A stretch of DNA of 64,000 nucleotides from NCBI GenBank assembly GCA_044233655.1, contig JBIIJQ010000004.1:16079-80078 (forward strand). The letters run 5' to 3'. The notes beneath the pieces are model-generated. The model ran no database searches and was not told where the DNA came from. It saw only the letters and a list, made by a program, of their open reading frames with translations. The translations under genes were made by a program, and so were the position numbers. Shown here piece by piece: positions 21,141 through 28,812 of this stretch (position 1 is the stretch's first letter; every line of letters starts with the position of its first letter). Source of the DNA: Chitinophagaceae bacterium. GTDB lineage: Bacteria > Bacteroidota > Bacteroidia > Chitinophagales > Chitinophagaceae.

Positions 21141-22317
21141 GTTCAGACTTTTTAAACGTCAACAATTTATCCCTATAATACTCATACTGCTGTTTTCTTA
21201 ATGCCATTTCTTTAGGTAAACTCTCACTGATAGACGTAGTGAGCGTATCAAATTTATCGAGTATGGAAACGATGCGTTCTTGTTTTTTTAAAGATGGAAT
21301 GGGGATTTGAATTTTAGCTAACACGTCTTTAGACAGTCGAGGAATACTTGCACGTCGGACTTGTGAAAATATTTTATGATTCTGTGTAAGTAGATAGAAA
21401 TATAAATATCTATTATTGATATTCTTAGGTGTAAGGCATGAAAAAACATCATCGGCAGCCCAATAATCTGCATAACTAAACCCAATTTCTCCCGCTGCAC
21501 CTGCACAAATAACAAATGTTGTATAAGCTTTTACATTACTTTCATGATAATAACCAAGTGGTGTCATAGCATTTTGATAAACAGCATATTTTCCTGTTTC
21601 TTCTAATTGACTTCTTACAAGACGTCTGCCTCGTTGCAGTGTAACAACCTCACCCAACATGTTCCATTCCACTTCACCCTCATTAAAACTAAACAATTGC
21701 TCACGATAAAAGTTATATTGCTGTTTACGAGCTGTAAGTTCTGTGCTTAATGCTGTGCCTAGTTCTGTGGTAAGTGCTGTAAAAGTGTCGAGTATTCGTA
21801 CAATTTCCTTTTGAATGGAAAGGGATGGGATGGGAATTGAAAATCCATTCATAACAGAAGAACTTAAATTATTAATAGTAGAACTATTAAGCATTTCATC
21901 AAGATATTTTTGGAAGAGACTACTAGTTAAAATATGAAACATGAATCGTGGTTCTATTTGTTTTGAACATCTAACAACAGCCATAAAACCACCAAAGAAA
22001 TAATCAAGATCAGAGAAAACAAAAGCGACTTTTCCTACATGTTCACGGCTTCCACTTGCTGCACTAATCAATATGTCATTTTTAAATAGTTTTTGACTTT
22101 CTTTAACTTTGGTGTCAGATTTTATGTATTTAACATCATCAAAATTTAATGTATGTCGTGAAAGTGTGATGTTATTTGCTCTAATTATTTTGTAACCAGT
22201 ATTATTTCCACTTTCATTACTTTTATTATAAGTTAACCCTCGAACATAATCAGCAACTTCCCCTAAACTTTTCCATTCCACTTCAACTCCTTCTAATAAT
22301 TTATTTAATTGACTCAT
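21136..22317 (-). CDS. hsdS: Type I R-M specificity subunit
   Basis: 393 aa. Two target-recognition halves are each followed by a conserved helix ([15 protein letters not shown]...[13 protein letters not shown] and [15 protein letters not shown]...[13 protein letters not shown]). There is a 4-nt overlap with hsdM. Confidence 0.92.
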   Translation of the reverse strand: MSQLNKLLEGVEVEWKSLGEVADYVRGLTYNKSNESGNNTGYKIIRANNITLSRHTLNFDDVKYIKSDTKVKESQKLFKNDILISAASGSREHVGKVAFVFSDLDYFFGGFMAVVRCSKQIEPRFMFHILTSSLFQKYLDEMLNSSTINNLSSSVMNGFSIPIPSLSIQKEIVRILDTFTALTTELGTALSTELTARKQQYNFYREQLFSFNEGEVEWNMLGEVVTLQRGRRLVRSQLEETGKYAVYQNAMTPLGYYHESNVKAYTTFVICAGAAGEIGFSYADYWAADDVFSCLTPKNINNRYLYFYLLTQNHKIFSQVRRASIPRLSKDVLAKIQIPIPSLKKQERIVSILDKFDTLTTSISESLPKEMALRKQQYEYYRDKLLTFKKSEL

Positions 22318-23861
22318 GCTTCAATTTCTTTTACAATGTCATCAATACTCATGCGTAGTGCATTTATTTTTTCAACGGTGGTGGCAATTTCTTCATTTAG
22401 CACGGCAATTTCTACTTGCTCTCTATTATCCTTTGCTTCTACATAGCTGCTTACAGAAAGGTTATAATCGTTTTCGGCAATTTTAGTATTATCTATGCTT
22501 ATGGCTACATGGGCTATATCTTCTTTGCTATCAAAGATTTGCATGATTTGATCAATATGCTTATCCTCAAGCATATTGTTGTTAGTCACTTTTTTAAAAA
22601 AGTCCTCACCACTAGCATCAATAAACTGGGTTTTATTATCGGTTTTCTTTTTAGAAAGTACCAAAAGCGAAACGGCTATACTAGTGCCATAAAACAAATT
22701 GGGTGCTACGGATATAATGGTTTCTACAAAGTTGTTATCTACCAAATATTTTCTAATTTTTTGCTCAGCACCACCACGGTAAAAAATACCGGGGAAACAA
22801 ACAATAGCGGCTCTTCCTTTGCTCGATAAATAACTAAGTGCATGCAATACAAAAGCAAAATCGGCTTTGGATTTCGGAGCCAACACACCAGCAGGTGCAA
22901 ACCTATCATCGTTAATCAACGTAGGATCGCCATCCCCAATCCAATTGACCGAGTAAGGGGGGTTAGAAACAATGGCATCAAAGGGTTTGTCATCGCCAAA
23001 ATTAGGGTTACGAAGCGTATCACCCAATGCAATATTAAATTTGTCGTAGTTCACGTTGTGTAAAAACATATTCATACGAGCCAAGTTGTAAGTAGTATGA
23101 TTTAATTCCTGCCCAAAAAAACCTTCTTCTATAATATGATTATCGAAATGTTTTTTGGCTTGCAACAACAACGAACCCGAACCACAAGCAGGGTCATATA
23201 TTTTGTTTACCTTTTCTTGCTTGTGCATGGCAAGTTGTGCGATGAGTTTAGACACATTTTGTGGTGTAAAAAATTCTCCTCCAGATTTACCTGCGTTGGC
23301 TGCATAATTGCCAATCAAAAATTCGTAGGCATCACCAAAGAGGTCTATTTGATTATCTTCAAAATCACCAAAATCAAGTCCTTCCACACCTTTCAAAACG
23401 GCCGCCAAGCGAAGGTTTTTGCTTTCAACGTTATTGCCAAGTCTTGTACTTGTTGTGTCAAAATCGGCAAACAATCCTTTAATATCTTGTTCTGATGGAA
23501 AACCATTTGCCGAATTTTCAATAGCATCAAAAATATCTTTAAGGTCTGTGTTTAAATTGGCATTGGTATTGCCTGTCTTAGCCACATTTACAAATAGTTG
23601 ACTAGGATATATAAAATAGCCTTTTGTTTTTACGGCATCCTCTTTTATTTCGGAAGTAATTACCTCGTCAGATACGTTTTTGTAGTCCACACTTTCATCA
23701 CCTCCTTCAATGTATATCGAAAAGTTTTCACTTATGAAGCGATAGAATAGGGTCCCTAACACAAACTGTTTAAAATCCCATCCATCTACCGAGCCACGGA
23801 CATCGTTGGCTATCTTCCAAATTTTTGCTTGTAATTCTGCTCTTTGTTGCGTACTTGTCAT
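22314..23861 (-). CDS. hsdM: Type I R-M N6-adenine DNA methyltransferase subunit
   Basis: 515 aa. Contains GEFFTPQNV, AdoMet motif [10 protein letters not shown] and catalytic NPPYS. Confidence 0.95.
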   Translation of the reverse strand: MTSTQQRAELQAKIWKIANDVRGSVDGWDFKQFVLGTLFYRFISENFSIYIEGGDESVDYKNVSDEVITSEIKEDAVKTKGYFIYPSQLFVNVAKTGNTNANLNTDLKDIFDAIENSANGFPSEQDIKGLFADFDTTSTRLGNNVESKNLRLAAVLKGVEGLDFGDFEDNQIDLFGDAYEFLIGNYAANAGKSGGEFFTPQNVSKLIAQLAMHKQEKVNKIYDPACGSGSLLLQAKKHFDNHIIEEGFFGQELNHTTYNLARMNMFLHNVNYDKFNIALGDTLRNPNFGDDKPFDAIVSNPPYSVNWIGDGDPTLINDDRFAPAGVLAPKSKADFAFVLHALSYLSSKGRAAIVCFPGIFYRGGAEQKIRKYLVDNNFVETIISVAPNLFYGTSIAVSLLVLSKKKTDNKTQFIDASGEDFFKKVTNNNMLEDKHIDQIMQIFDSKEDIAHVAISIDNTKIAENDYNLSVSSYVEAKDNREQVEIAVLNEEIATTVEKINALRMSIDDIVKEIEA

Positions 23862-23960
23862 TTTTTATCTTTTATTAAGTCTGTTGGTTTTATCTTTATT
23901 TGATTCACAACCGTATAAATTTAAGTTGCTAAGTTAGATTAAATTTTTTATCCTTTGGTT

Positions 23961-24049
23961 TTCCGCCGCAATTGGTGTTATCACCAATTGCTATTAAAAA
24001 ATTGTTGGCAAAAACACCAGCAATGGCGGAAAACCAGCAATGGCGGAAA
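23961..24049 (+). repeat. A-family structured repeat, copy A1
   Basis: TTCCGCC-GCAATTGGTG-TTAT-CACCAATTGC...AACACCAGCAATGGCGGAA. It has a perfect 10-bp inner palindrome (23968-23991), terminal arms TTCCGCC/GGCGGAA, and a 17-nt tandem duplication ACCAGCAATGGCGGAAA x2 (24016-24049). Confidence 0.75.
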
Positions 24050-24252
24050 TAATAGACCAAGAAAAGTCTTGAATATTTAACACCGAACGAATATATTTAC
24101 AAAACTGTTACCATTGATTCTTGAATTCAGCTTTGAATAAATCCTAATGAATTAAAAGGTGAATTAGACCGTACAATAATATTTGAATATGAGTATCTCA
24201 TAAATCAATATATAACTTTTAATAAAATAGGTACTAATTAAAATAGAATAAT

Positions 24253-24735
24253 ATGAAAGAAAATGAAATTGTAATAAATATTTGGTTTATTGTAGATATA
24301 GGAACGAACCTGTGTTATGCTTGGCGCATAAAAGCCTACAACATGCAAGGCTCTGATGATGAAAAATTAAACATTCTAAATCATCTATCTAGTTCAGATT
24401 TTACCACTGTACCTGATAGAAAATTACCTGATACTGCTGTAACTGTATATCCTAACAAAGAAATTAAGGCTTCCTTACCTATTTCTGGTATTAATCATTA
24501 TTTCGAAAGTAATATTGATTATTTTATTACTACACTTGAAAAGGAATTGCCAGTAATCAAAAATATTATTGATAATGAAGTGCAACCCTTAGAGCAAAAA
24601 ATAGTAGATAATCCATTATATACTTCCACTATTGTATTTGAAAATGAAAAAGGCGAAGCAAGAGCATTATTGACCCAAGAGAATAAAATGTGGTATGAAC
24701 TTGAATTGATCAGAATGCAAAATTTGAAAATATAA
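24253..24735 (+). CDS. Hypothetical protein (160 aa, no recognisable domain)
   Basis: An intact ORF with no TM segment or signal peptide, followed by repeat D1. Confidence 0.5.
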   Translation: MKENEIVINIWFIVDIGTNLCYAWRIKAYNMQGSDDEKLNILNHLSSSDFTTVPDRKLPDTAVTVYPNKEIKASLPISGINHYFESNIDYFITTLEKELPVIKNIIDNEVQPLEQKIVDNPLYTSTIVFENEKGEARALLTQENKMWYELELIRMQNLKI

Positions 24736-24756
24736 ATATTAAATAAGGGAATAACC

Positions 24757-24834
24757 CTCTCTCAGAAGGCTATTGTCTTCGTGATGCTTATGTTCCTTAT
24801 TTACCACAGGCAAGTTTGTTGGCTTTGCCAACAC
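24757..24834 (+). repeat. D-family structured repeat, copy D1
   Basis: ...TATGTTCCTTATTTACCACAGGCAAGTTTGTTGGCTTTGCCAACAC is about 75% identical to 32872-32946. It ends in hairpins TGCC-ACA-GGCA (imperfect in D1, which has TACC in the left arm) and GTTGGC-TTT-GCCAAC. Confidence 0.7.
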
Positions 24835-24867
24835 ATAATGCTGTTCGTGGTGAGTATTAATCACTCC

Positions 24868-25071
24868 CTACATCCCCTTCTTTATTTCCGCTTGCAGTTT
24901 GGCCAATTGTGCAGGTGTAAGCTTCGCTATATCGGGCAATATATTGATAGTTTCCTTGGGCTTAAGTGCTTGTAAGGGATGTGCGGGTACGTCCTTGATA
25001 GGATCGTCGGGTACCCGTTCTACGAAGCATATTTGCTTCGTAGGTGTATTCTGTTGCGTTCCGCAACACAA
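24868..25071 (-). CDS. Small protein sharing the C-terminal 47-aa module of the adjacent HTH regulator but lacking the HTH
   Basis: 67 aa. The last 47 aa are identical to those of 25103-25444, while the DNA differs at 13 positions, all synonymous. That argues it is a maintained gene. Confidence 0.6.
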   Translation of the reverse strand: MCCGTQQNTPTKQICFVERVPDDPIKDVPAHPLQALKPKETINILPDIAKLTPAQLAKLQAEIKKGM

Positions 25072-25102
25072 ACGAAATCATGTTAGATAGCGTATTCACT
25101 CC

Positions 25103-25444
25103 TTACATCCCCTTCTTTATTTCCGCTTGAAGTTTTGCCAATTGCGCAGGCGTAAGCTTCGCTATATCGGGCAATATATTTATGGTCTCTTTGGGCTTAA
25201 GAGCTTGCAAGGGATGCGCGGGTACATCCTTTATAGGATCGTCGGGTATCCACTCAAACAAGTCGGAGGGTGTACACCATGCTGCCTCGCAAATGGTATG
25301 CAATACATCGATGGGTATACGTTGAGAAGGTTTGTGGAGTAGCTTGTAGGCCATGTGATGGTAAATGCCATTTGCTTTAAGCCAAGTATAAGGTTTATCA
25401 ACCCCCTTAGACTTTAATAGCTTTTCAATACATAGGATAAACAT
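25103..25444 (-). CDS. XRE/Cro-C1-type helix-turn-helix transcriptional regulator
   Basis: 113 aa. IEKLLKSKGVDKPYTWLKANGIYHHMAYKLLHKPSQRIPIDVLHTICEAAWCTPSDLFEW fits the HTH_XRE pattern (the ...CTP.DLF ending is typical). Confidence 0.7.
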   Translation of the reverse strand: MFILCIEKLLKSKGVDKPYTWLKANGIYHHMAYKLLHKPSQRIPIDVLHTICEAAWCTPSDLFEWIPDDPIKDVPAHPLQALKPKETINILPDIAKLTPAQLAKLQAEIKKGM

Positions 25445-25489
25445 AGTTTAAACTAATTTTAAGTTATTCGTAGTTACTTTTTCAATAAT

Positions 25490-25497
25490 CAAATTTA
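25490..25497 (-). promoter_or_regulatory. Candidate Bacteroidota -7 box (TAAATTTG) for the HTH gene
   Basis: The minus strand reads TAAATTTG, which matches TAnnTTTG, 46 nt upstream of the ATG at 25444. No convincing -33 element. Confidence 0.3.
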
Positions 25498-25552
25498 GGA
25501 TTTAAACACACAAAAAAATCATTCTACATGGGTGAATTTCTGTTCTAAAATT

Positions 25553-25720
25553 GCAATGCGTAATCTTAGTAGCGCAATGCGTACTCTTGGTACTGCAATG
25601 CGTACTCTTGGTAGTGCAATGCGTACTCTTGGTAGTGCAATGCGTACTCTTAGTACTGCAATACGTACTCTTAGTACTGCAATGCGTAATAGTAGTATTA
25701 AAGTGCGTAATAGTAGTATT
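25553..25720. repeat. Iteron-like array: 7 x 21-bp tandem repeat plus 1 degenerate unit
   Basis: GCAATGCGTACTCTTGGTAGT consensus. Units start at 25553, 25574, 25595, 25616, 25637, 25658 and 25679, with a degenerate unit at 25700. It is centred in the divergent intergenic region. Confidence 0.9.
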
Positions 25721-25827
25721 GAAATGCTCTAAAACCATTATGAACAGAGGGTTTCGAGAGTTTTAATTTTATGATTTTATTTAACAAAAAAGTCTGTGCA
25801 CATTGAAGTTGAATGTAAAAAAATAAA

Positions 25828-25835
25828 TAAATTTG
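25828..25835 (+). promoter_or_regulatory. Candidate -7 box (TAAATTTG) for the 316-aa orphan gene
   Basis: TAAATTTG lies 25 nt upstream of the ATG at 25860. It overlaps the ORF-track start at 25833, which favours 25860 as the real start. Confidence 0.3.
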
Positions 25836-25859
25836 GTTTCACTTAAAAAATTTACAAAC

Positions 25860-26810
25860 ATGAATGACGTACAAACAAACCGAGTTAACTCGCTCATTAA
25901 ATCGAGTGATTTCCTAGACGACCACGCAAGCGAATTATCCGCAGTGGCACAATTAGCACCTCTTGCACTTGAATTGAAAAATCTTATCAGCGACATTGAA
26001 ACAGCAGCCGGTAAAGGTTCGCTTGACCTTACAGGTGTAGCCGAACAAAAAAGTATTACAAGGCAAAACTTGATTGACAGTATGATGAAAGTCTCGCGCG
26101 GTGCAGCGGCTTATTATTTGAGTGTCAATCAACTTCGCGAATTGCGTATGGTAGAATTTACACCCAATGAGTTGACCAAAAAGCGTGACAATGACCTGTA
26201 TGCTACTGCAAAGGAAATGCACCAAATGGCAACCGTAGATGGCGCAAATTATATTGCCGTTTCGGCTCCTGATATTACCATGCTGGATGATGTGAAAGAG
26301 AAATTCTTCGATTACATACAAGACCCTAAGCGTGAAGTAGAAATAGCAGCGCAACAAAATGCATTGATAGACCCATACATTACGCAGGGTATGGAAATCC
26401 GCAAAAAGCTAGACATCTATATGCAAACCTTTATCGCTACCAATGCCCTACTCTACAACGAATGGAATGCATCACAAAGCATAGACGATACAGGGGCTAA
26501 TACATCTGCATCCTATACCGTTACACTCATGATACCTCCTACATCTATCAAAAGTATAGACTACAGCAGTGTAGCACTTCAAGGCAATACCGAAATCAAA
26601 CTCATCAATAATTCGGCTGCTGAGTTGGTCTATGGTTTTGGCAACGACTCCAACAGCTTTGCTGGTACGCAAACAGTATACTCCAATACGCAAAAACGTC
26701 AATCTGCTTCGAGCTTGGGTTACAATGCACTCTCTGCTATCATACTCAATATTCAAAACAATCAAGCCGTAGACCTCGAATGCACGATTGAGATTTATGA
26801 CATGGGTTAA
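25860..26810 (+). CDS. Hypothetical protein (316 aa from the ATG at 25860; the track ORF starts at 25833)
   Basis: Helical N-terminal half and Ser/Thr/Asn-rich beta-looking C-terminal half. No motif recognised. Followed by a stem-loop. Confidence 0.55.
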   Translation: MNDVQTNRVNSLIKSSDFLDDHASELSAVAQLAPLALELKNLISDIETAAGKGSLDLTGVAEQKSITRQNLIDSMMKVSRGAAAYYLSVNQLRELRMVEFTPNELTKKRDNDLYATAKEMHQMATVDGANYIAVSAPDITMLDDVKEKFFDYIQDPKREVEIAAQQNALIDPYITQGMEIRKKLDIYMQTFIATNALLYNEWNASQSIDDTGANTSASYTVTLMIPPTSIKSIDYSSVALQGNTEIKLINNSAAELVYGFGNDSNSFAGTQTVYSNTQKRQSASSLGYNALSAIILNIQNNQAVDLECTIEIYDMG

Positions 26811-26836
26811 TAGCGTTGGGAACAATGTTTTATAAT

Positions 26837-26863
26837 AAAGCCCTCACGGATGTGGGGGCTTTA
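26837..26863 (+). terminator. Stem-loop terminator
   Basis: AAAGCCC-N12-GGGCTTT followed by ATTATTTT. Confidence 0.6.
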
Positions 26864-27052
26864 TTATTTTGACATTTTTATGAGTTGTAGGAAATAGAGT
26901 ATATATTTGGTAATATAAGCAACAAACTATTGATGCCATTTACCGTTTTGTAGCGCTTGCTAGTAGTGGAAAGTTGGTTATAAAACAAGTTGGCTGTAAG
27001 CTAATCGCCCAAAACACTATACGAAAATATATAACTCAAAGAACTAATAAAC

Positions 27053-27463
27053 ATGGCACAGATTTTTGACAAATTCCCTTCTAATATGGGAGAAACTTTA
27101 GGAAAAATAGAAAGAAACCCTTTTACATTCAATTTTACACGATTTGAAGTTTGGAGGGGTGGTCAAATAATTGACGCAGATATTATTTTCGGCACCATTA
27201 AAGGAACAGTCTTTGCTGAAATTCTATTTGTTAATGTTAAATGTGAGAGAATTTCAAAATACACATTAAGTGAATTTTCATTATGGCAAATTTCTACAAA
27301 CAATGAAAGGGTTATGTGGAGCAAAGATATTTTTGGCAATGAGGAAAAATACATAAATTGCTATCCTGATATTATTTCACTTTTTTACCAATTGGGAATA
27401 TTATCTAAAATGTCTTTTGCTATAAGAAACCCTGGAACTTTAATTGAATTTTTCATTGATTAA
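27053..27463 (+). CDS. Hypothetical small cytoplasmic protein (136 aa)
   Basis: An intact ORF and first gene of a two-gene unit. No TM segment or signal peptide. A candidate -7 box TATATTTG lies at 26902-26909. Confidence 0.5.
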   Translation: MAQIFDKFPSNMGETLGKIERNPFTFNFTRFEVWRGGQIIDADIIFGTIKGTVFAEILFVNVKCERISKYTLSEFSLWQISTNNERVMWSKDIFGNEEKYINCYPDIISLFYQLGILSKMSFAIRNPGTLIEFFID

Positions 27464-27488
27464 TAAAGCAAATAAAAACAATTTTCTA

Positions 27489-27845
27489 ATGACAGAATAC
27501 ATTTACAAAATCGAAAAAAATACTTTTAAAACTTATTATATTTTAAAAGAAAAATTCGATAATAAATTTGATGAAAATTATAGATTCTTGAAGATTATTC
27601 AAGAAGGGAATAGCGCATCATCGGAATTCATTGATACCCAAAAACCAATGAATCTATCTGATAGCAAAATGTTTGTAAAACTAGAAATTAAATTTATGTA
27701 CCCTAATAAAAAGCATGAAGTGATTTTCTTTTTTATTGACAACTCTTTTGGTAGTGTAAAAGAAATTACTACCAAATATATTGGAGAATTTAATTTTCAA
27801 AATGGGTTTCAAAATTTAATCAAGCAAGCTCTAGAGAATAAATAA
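27489..27845 (+). CDS. Hypothetical small cytoplasmic protein (118 aa from the ATG at 27489; alternative TTG start at 27444 overlaps the upstream gene)
   Basis: An intact ORF ending in TAA TAA TAA immediately before repeat B1. Confidence 0.5.
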   Translation: MTEYIYKIEKNTFKTYYILKEKFDNKFDENYRFLKIIQEGNSASSEFIDTQKPMNLSDSKMFVKLEIKFMYPNKKHEVIFFFIDNSFGSVKEITTKYIGEFNFQNGFQNLIKQALENK

Positions 27846-27852
27846 TAATAAA

Positions 27853-27908
27853 TTCCGTTCTCGCCGTGTCTCCAGCCTCTGCGACTCGGCGACTTAGAAA
27901 ACGAAATC
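27853..27908 (+). repeat. B-family GC-rich hairpin repeat, copy B1
   Basis: TTCCGTTCT-CGCCGTGTC-[TCCAGCCTCTGC]-GACTCGGCG-ACTT-AGAAAACGAAATC. A 9-position inner stem (8 pairs), a 12-nt asymmetric loop, and an outer stem CGTTCT/AGAAAACG. Confidence 0.8.
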
Positions 27909-27936
27909 GTACTTACATTCCTGTGATATATTATGT

Positions 27937-28008
27937 TTCCGCTGCAATTGATGTTATCACCAATTGTCATTTAAAAAATTGTTGGTAAAAACACCTACAT
28001 TGGCGTAA
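27937..28008 (+). repeat. A-family structured repeat, copy A2
   Basis: TTTCCGCTGCAATTGATGTTATCACCAATTGTCATTTAAAAAATTGTTGGTAAAAACACCTACATTGGCGTAAA is about 85% identical to A1. Confidence 0.75.
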
Positions 28009-28016
28009 ATAGATTT

Positions 28017-28024
28017 TATATTTG
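28017..28024 (+). promoter_or_regulatory. Candidate -7 box (TATATTTG) for the three-gene J-domain operon
   Basis: Matches TAnnTTTG, 78-105 nt upstream of the first gene. Confidence 0.25.
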
Positions 28025-28128
28025 ATAATGCATGTAACAAACTGTCAAAGCCACTTTACTAACTTTTTTGGTTTTTTGGGTGTAAATTAGCTTCTATATG
28101 TGTGTTGGCAATAAAACAGAACACTAAA

Positions 28129-28545
28129 ATGATTTGGATAATTATTTTTTTTACAGGCTTGATAATTTTAATTGGAACATTTATCCAAAATTCAAAATTG
28201 CGTAACAAATATAATGATGAACTTGACCTTGCTTTAATCACTTTAACGCATTCGACAAATCGAATGGAAGAAATTTCTAAGCCAGTTTTTGAACTAATTT
28301 TGAAACAATATGGCGATAGATTTGCTTCAAATGTAGCCAATAGAAAAATTTGCGAAAAAATGCCATCCGAGCTTTTAATTCTTAGTTGGGGTAAACCTGG
28401 CGACATTAAGTCTGAATATTACAAAGGTTCAAAATCAGAAAGTTGGTTTTATGACAGTTTTGTTAATCGACTTGGCAATAAAAAATATCGAACCGAAGTA
28501 TATATTGAAAATAATAAAATAATTGGTTGGAGAGACTTATCTTAA
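28129..28545 (+). CDS. Membrane-anchored protein with a BamE/SmpA-OmlA-like C-terminal fold (tentative)
   Basis: N-terminal TM segment MIWIIIFFTGLIILIGTFI. The C-terminus reads ...SELLILSWGKPGDIKSEYYKGSKSESWFYD...EVYIENNKIIGWRDL. The track start at 28102 is a GTG. Confidence 0.5.
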   Translation: MIWIIIFFTGLIILIGTFIQNSKLRNKYNDELDLALITLTHSTNRMEEISKPVFELILKQYGDRFASNVANRKICEKMPSELLILSWGKPGDIKSEYYKGSKSESWFYDSFVNRLGNKKYRTEVYIENNKIIGWRDLS

Positions 28546-28549
28546 TATT

Positions 28550-28810
28550 ATGGCAAATTGTAATAACTGTGGATGCTACATCCCAACTAGCGAAAGAGTG
28601 CTAAAAAGAGAAATGTATAGTGGAACTTCCCAAAGAACTAACTATGGAAAACGAATTAGTTTTGGAACTTCACGTTACTATTCTATGAAATCTGTTTGTG
28701 AAAATTGTGCTAGGCAAATAGACCAATCCAATGCAGAGCAAAACAAGACAATAATGGTTGTTCTAATGGTTCTTGGGATTATAATAGCACTTTATTTTTT
28801 GTTAAAGTAA
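28550..28810 (+). CDS. Tail-anchored zinc-ribbon-like protein
   Basis: CNNCGC...CENCARQ (two CxxC pairs) and a C-terminal TM segment IMVVLMVLGIIIALYFLL. The ATG is 4 nt after the upstream stop. Confidence 0.5.
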   Translation: MANCNNCGCYIPTSERVLKREMYSGTSQRTNYGKRISFGTSRYYSMKSVCENCARQIDQSNAEQNKTIMVVLMVLGIIIALYFLLK

Positions 28811-28812
28811 CT

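Noticed and set aside
21136-22317. An hsdS shufflon or phase-variable inverting specificity system
   Set aside because: There is no second hsdS copy, no inverted hsdS fragments and no recombinase anywhere in the window. Only the 12-nt spacer repeat remains as a possible variation mechanism.
25553-25720. The 21-bp repeat array as a CRISPR
   Set aside because: The repeats are contiguous with no spacers. The unit is shorter than known CRISPR repeats, and there are no cas genes.
25502-25766. Three overlapping ORFs (25502-25738 on the minus strand; 25532-25732 and 25551-25766 on the plus strand) encoding heptad-repeat peptides such as CSTKSTH
   Set aside because: They are open in several frames and on both strands only because the 21-bp tandem repeat lacks stop codons. 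They show no start context or codon-bias signal.
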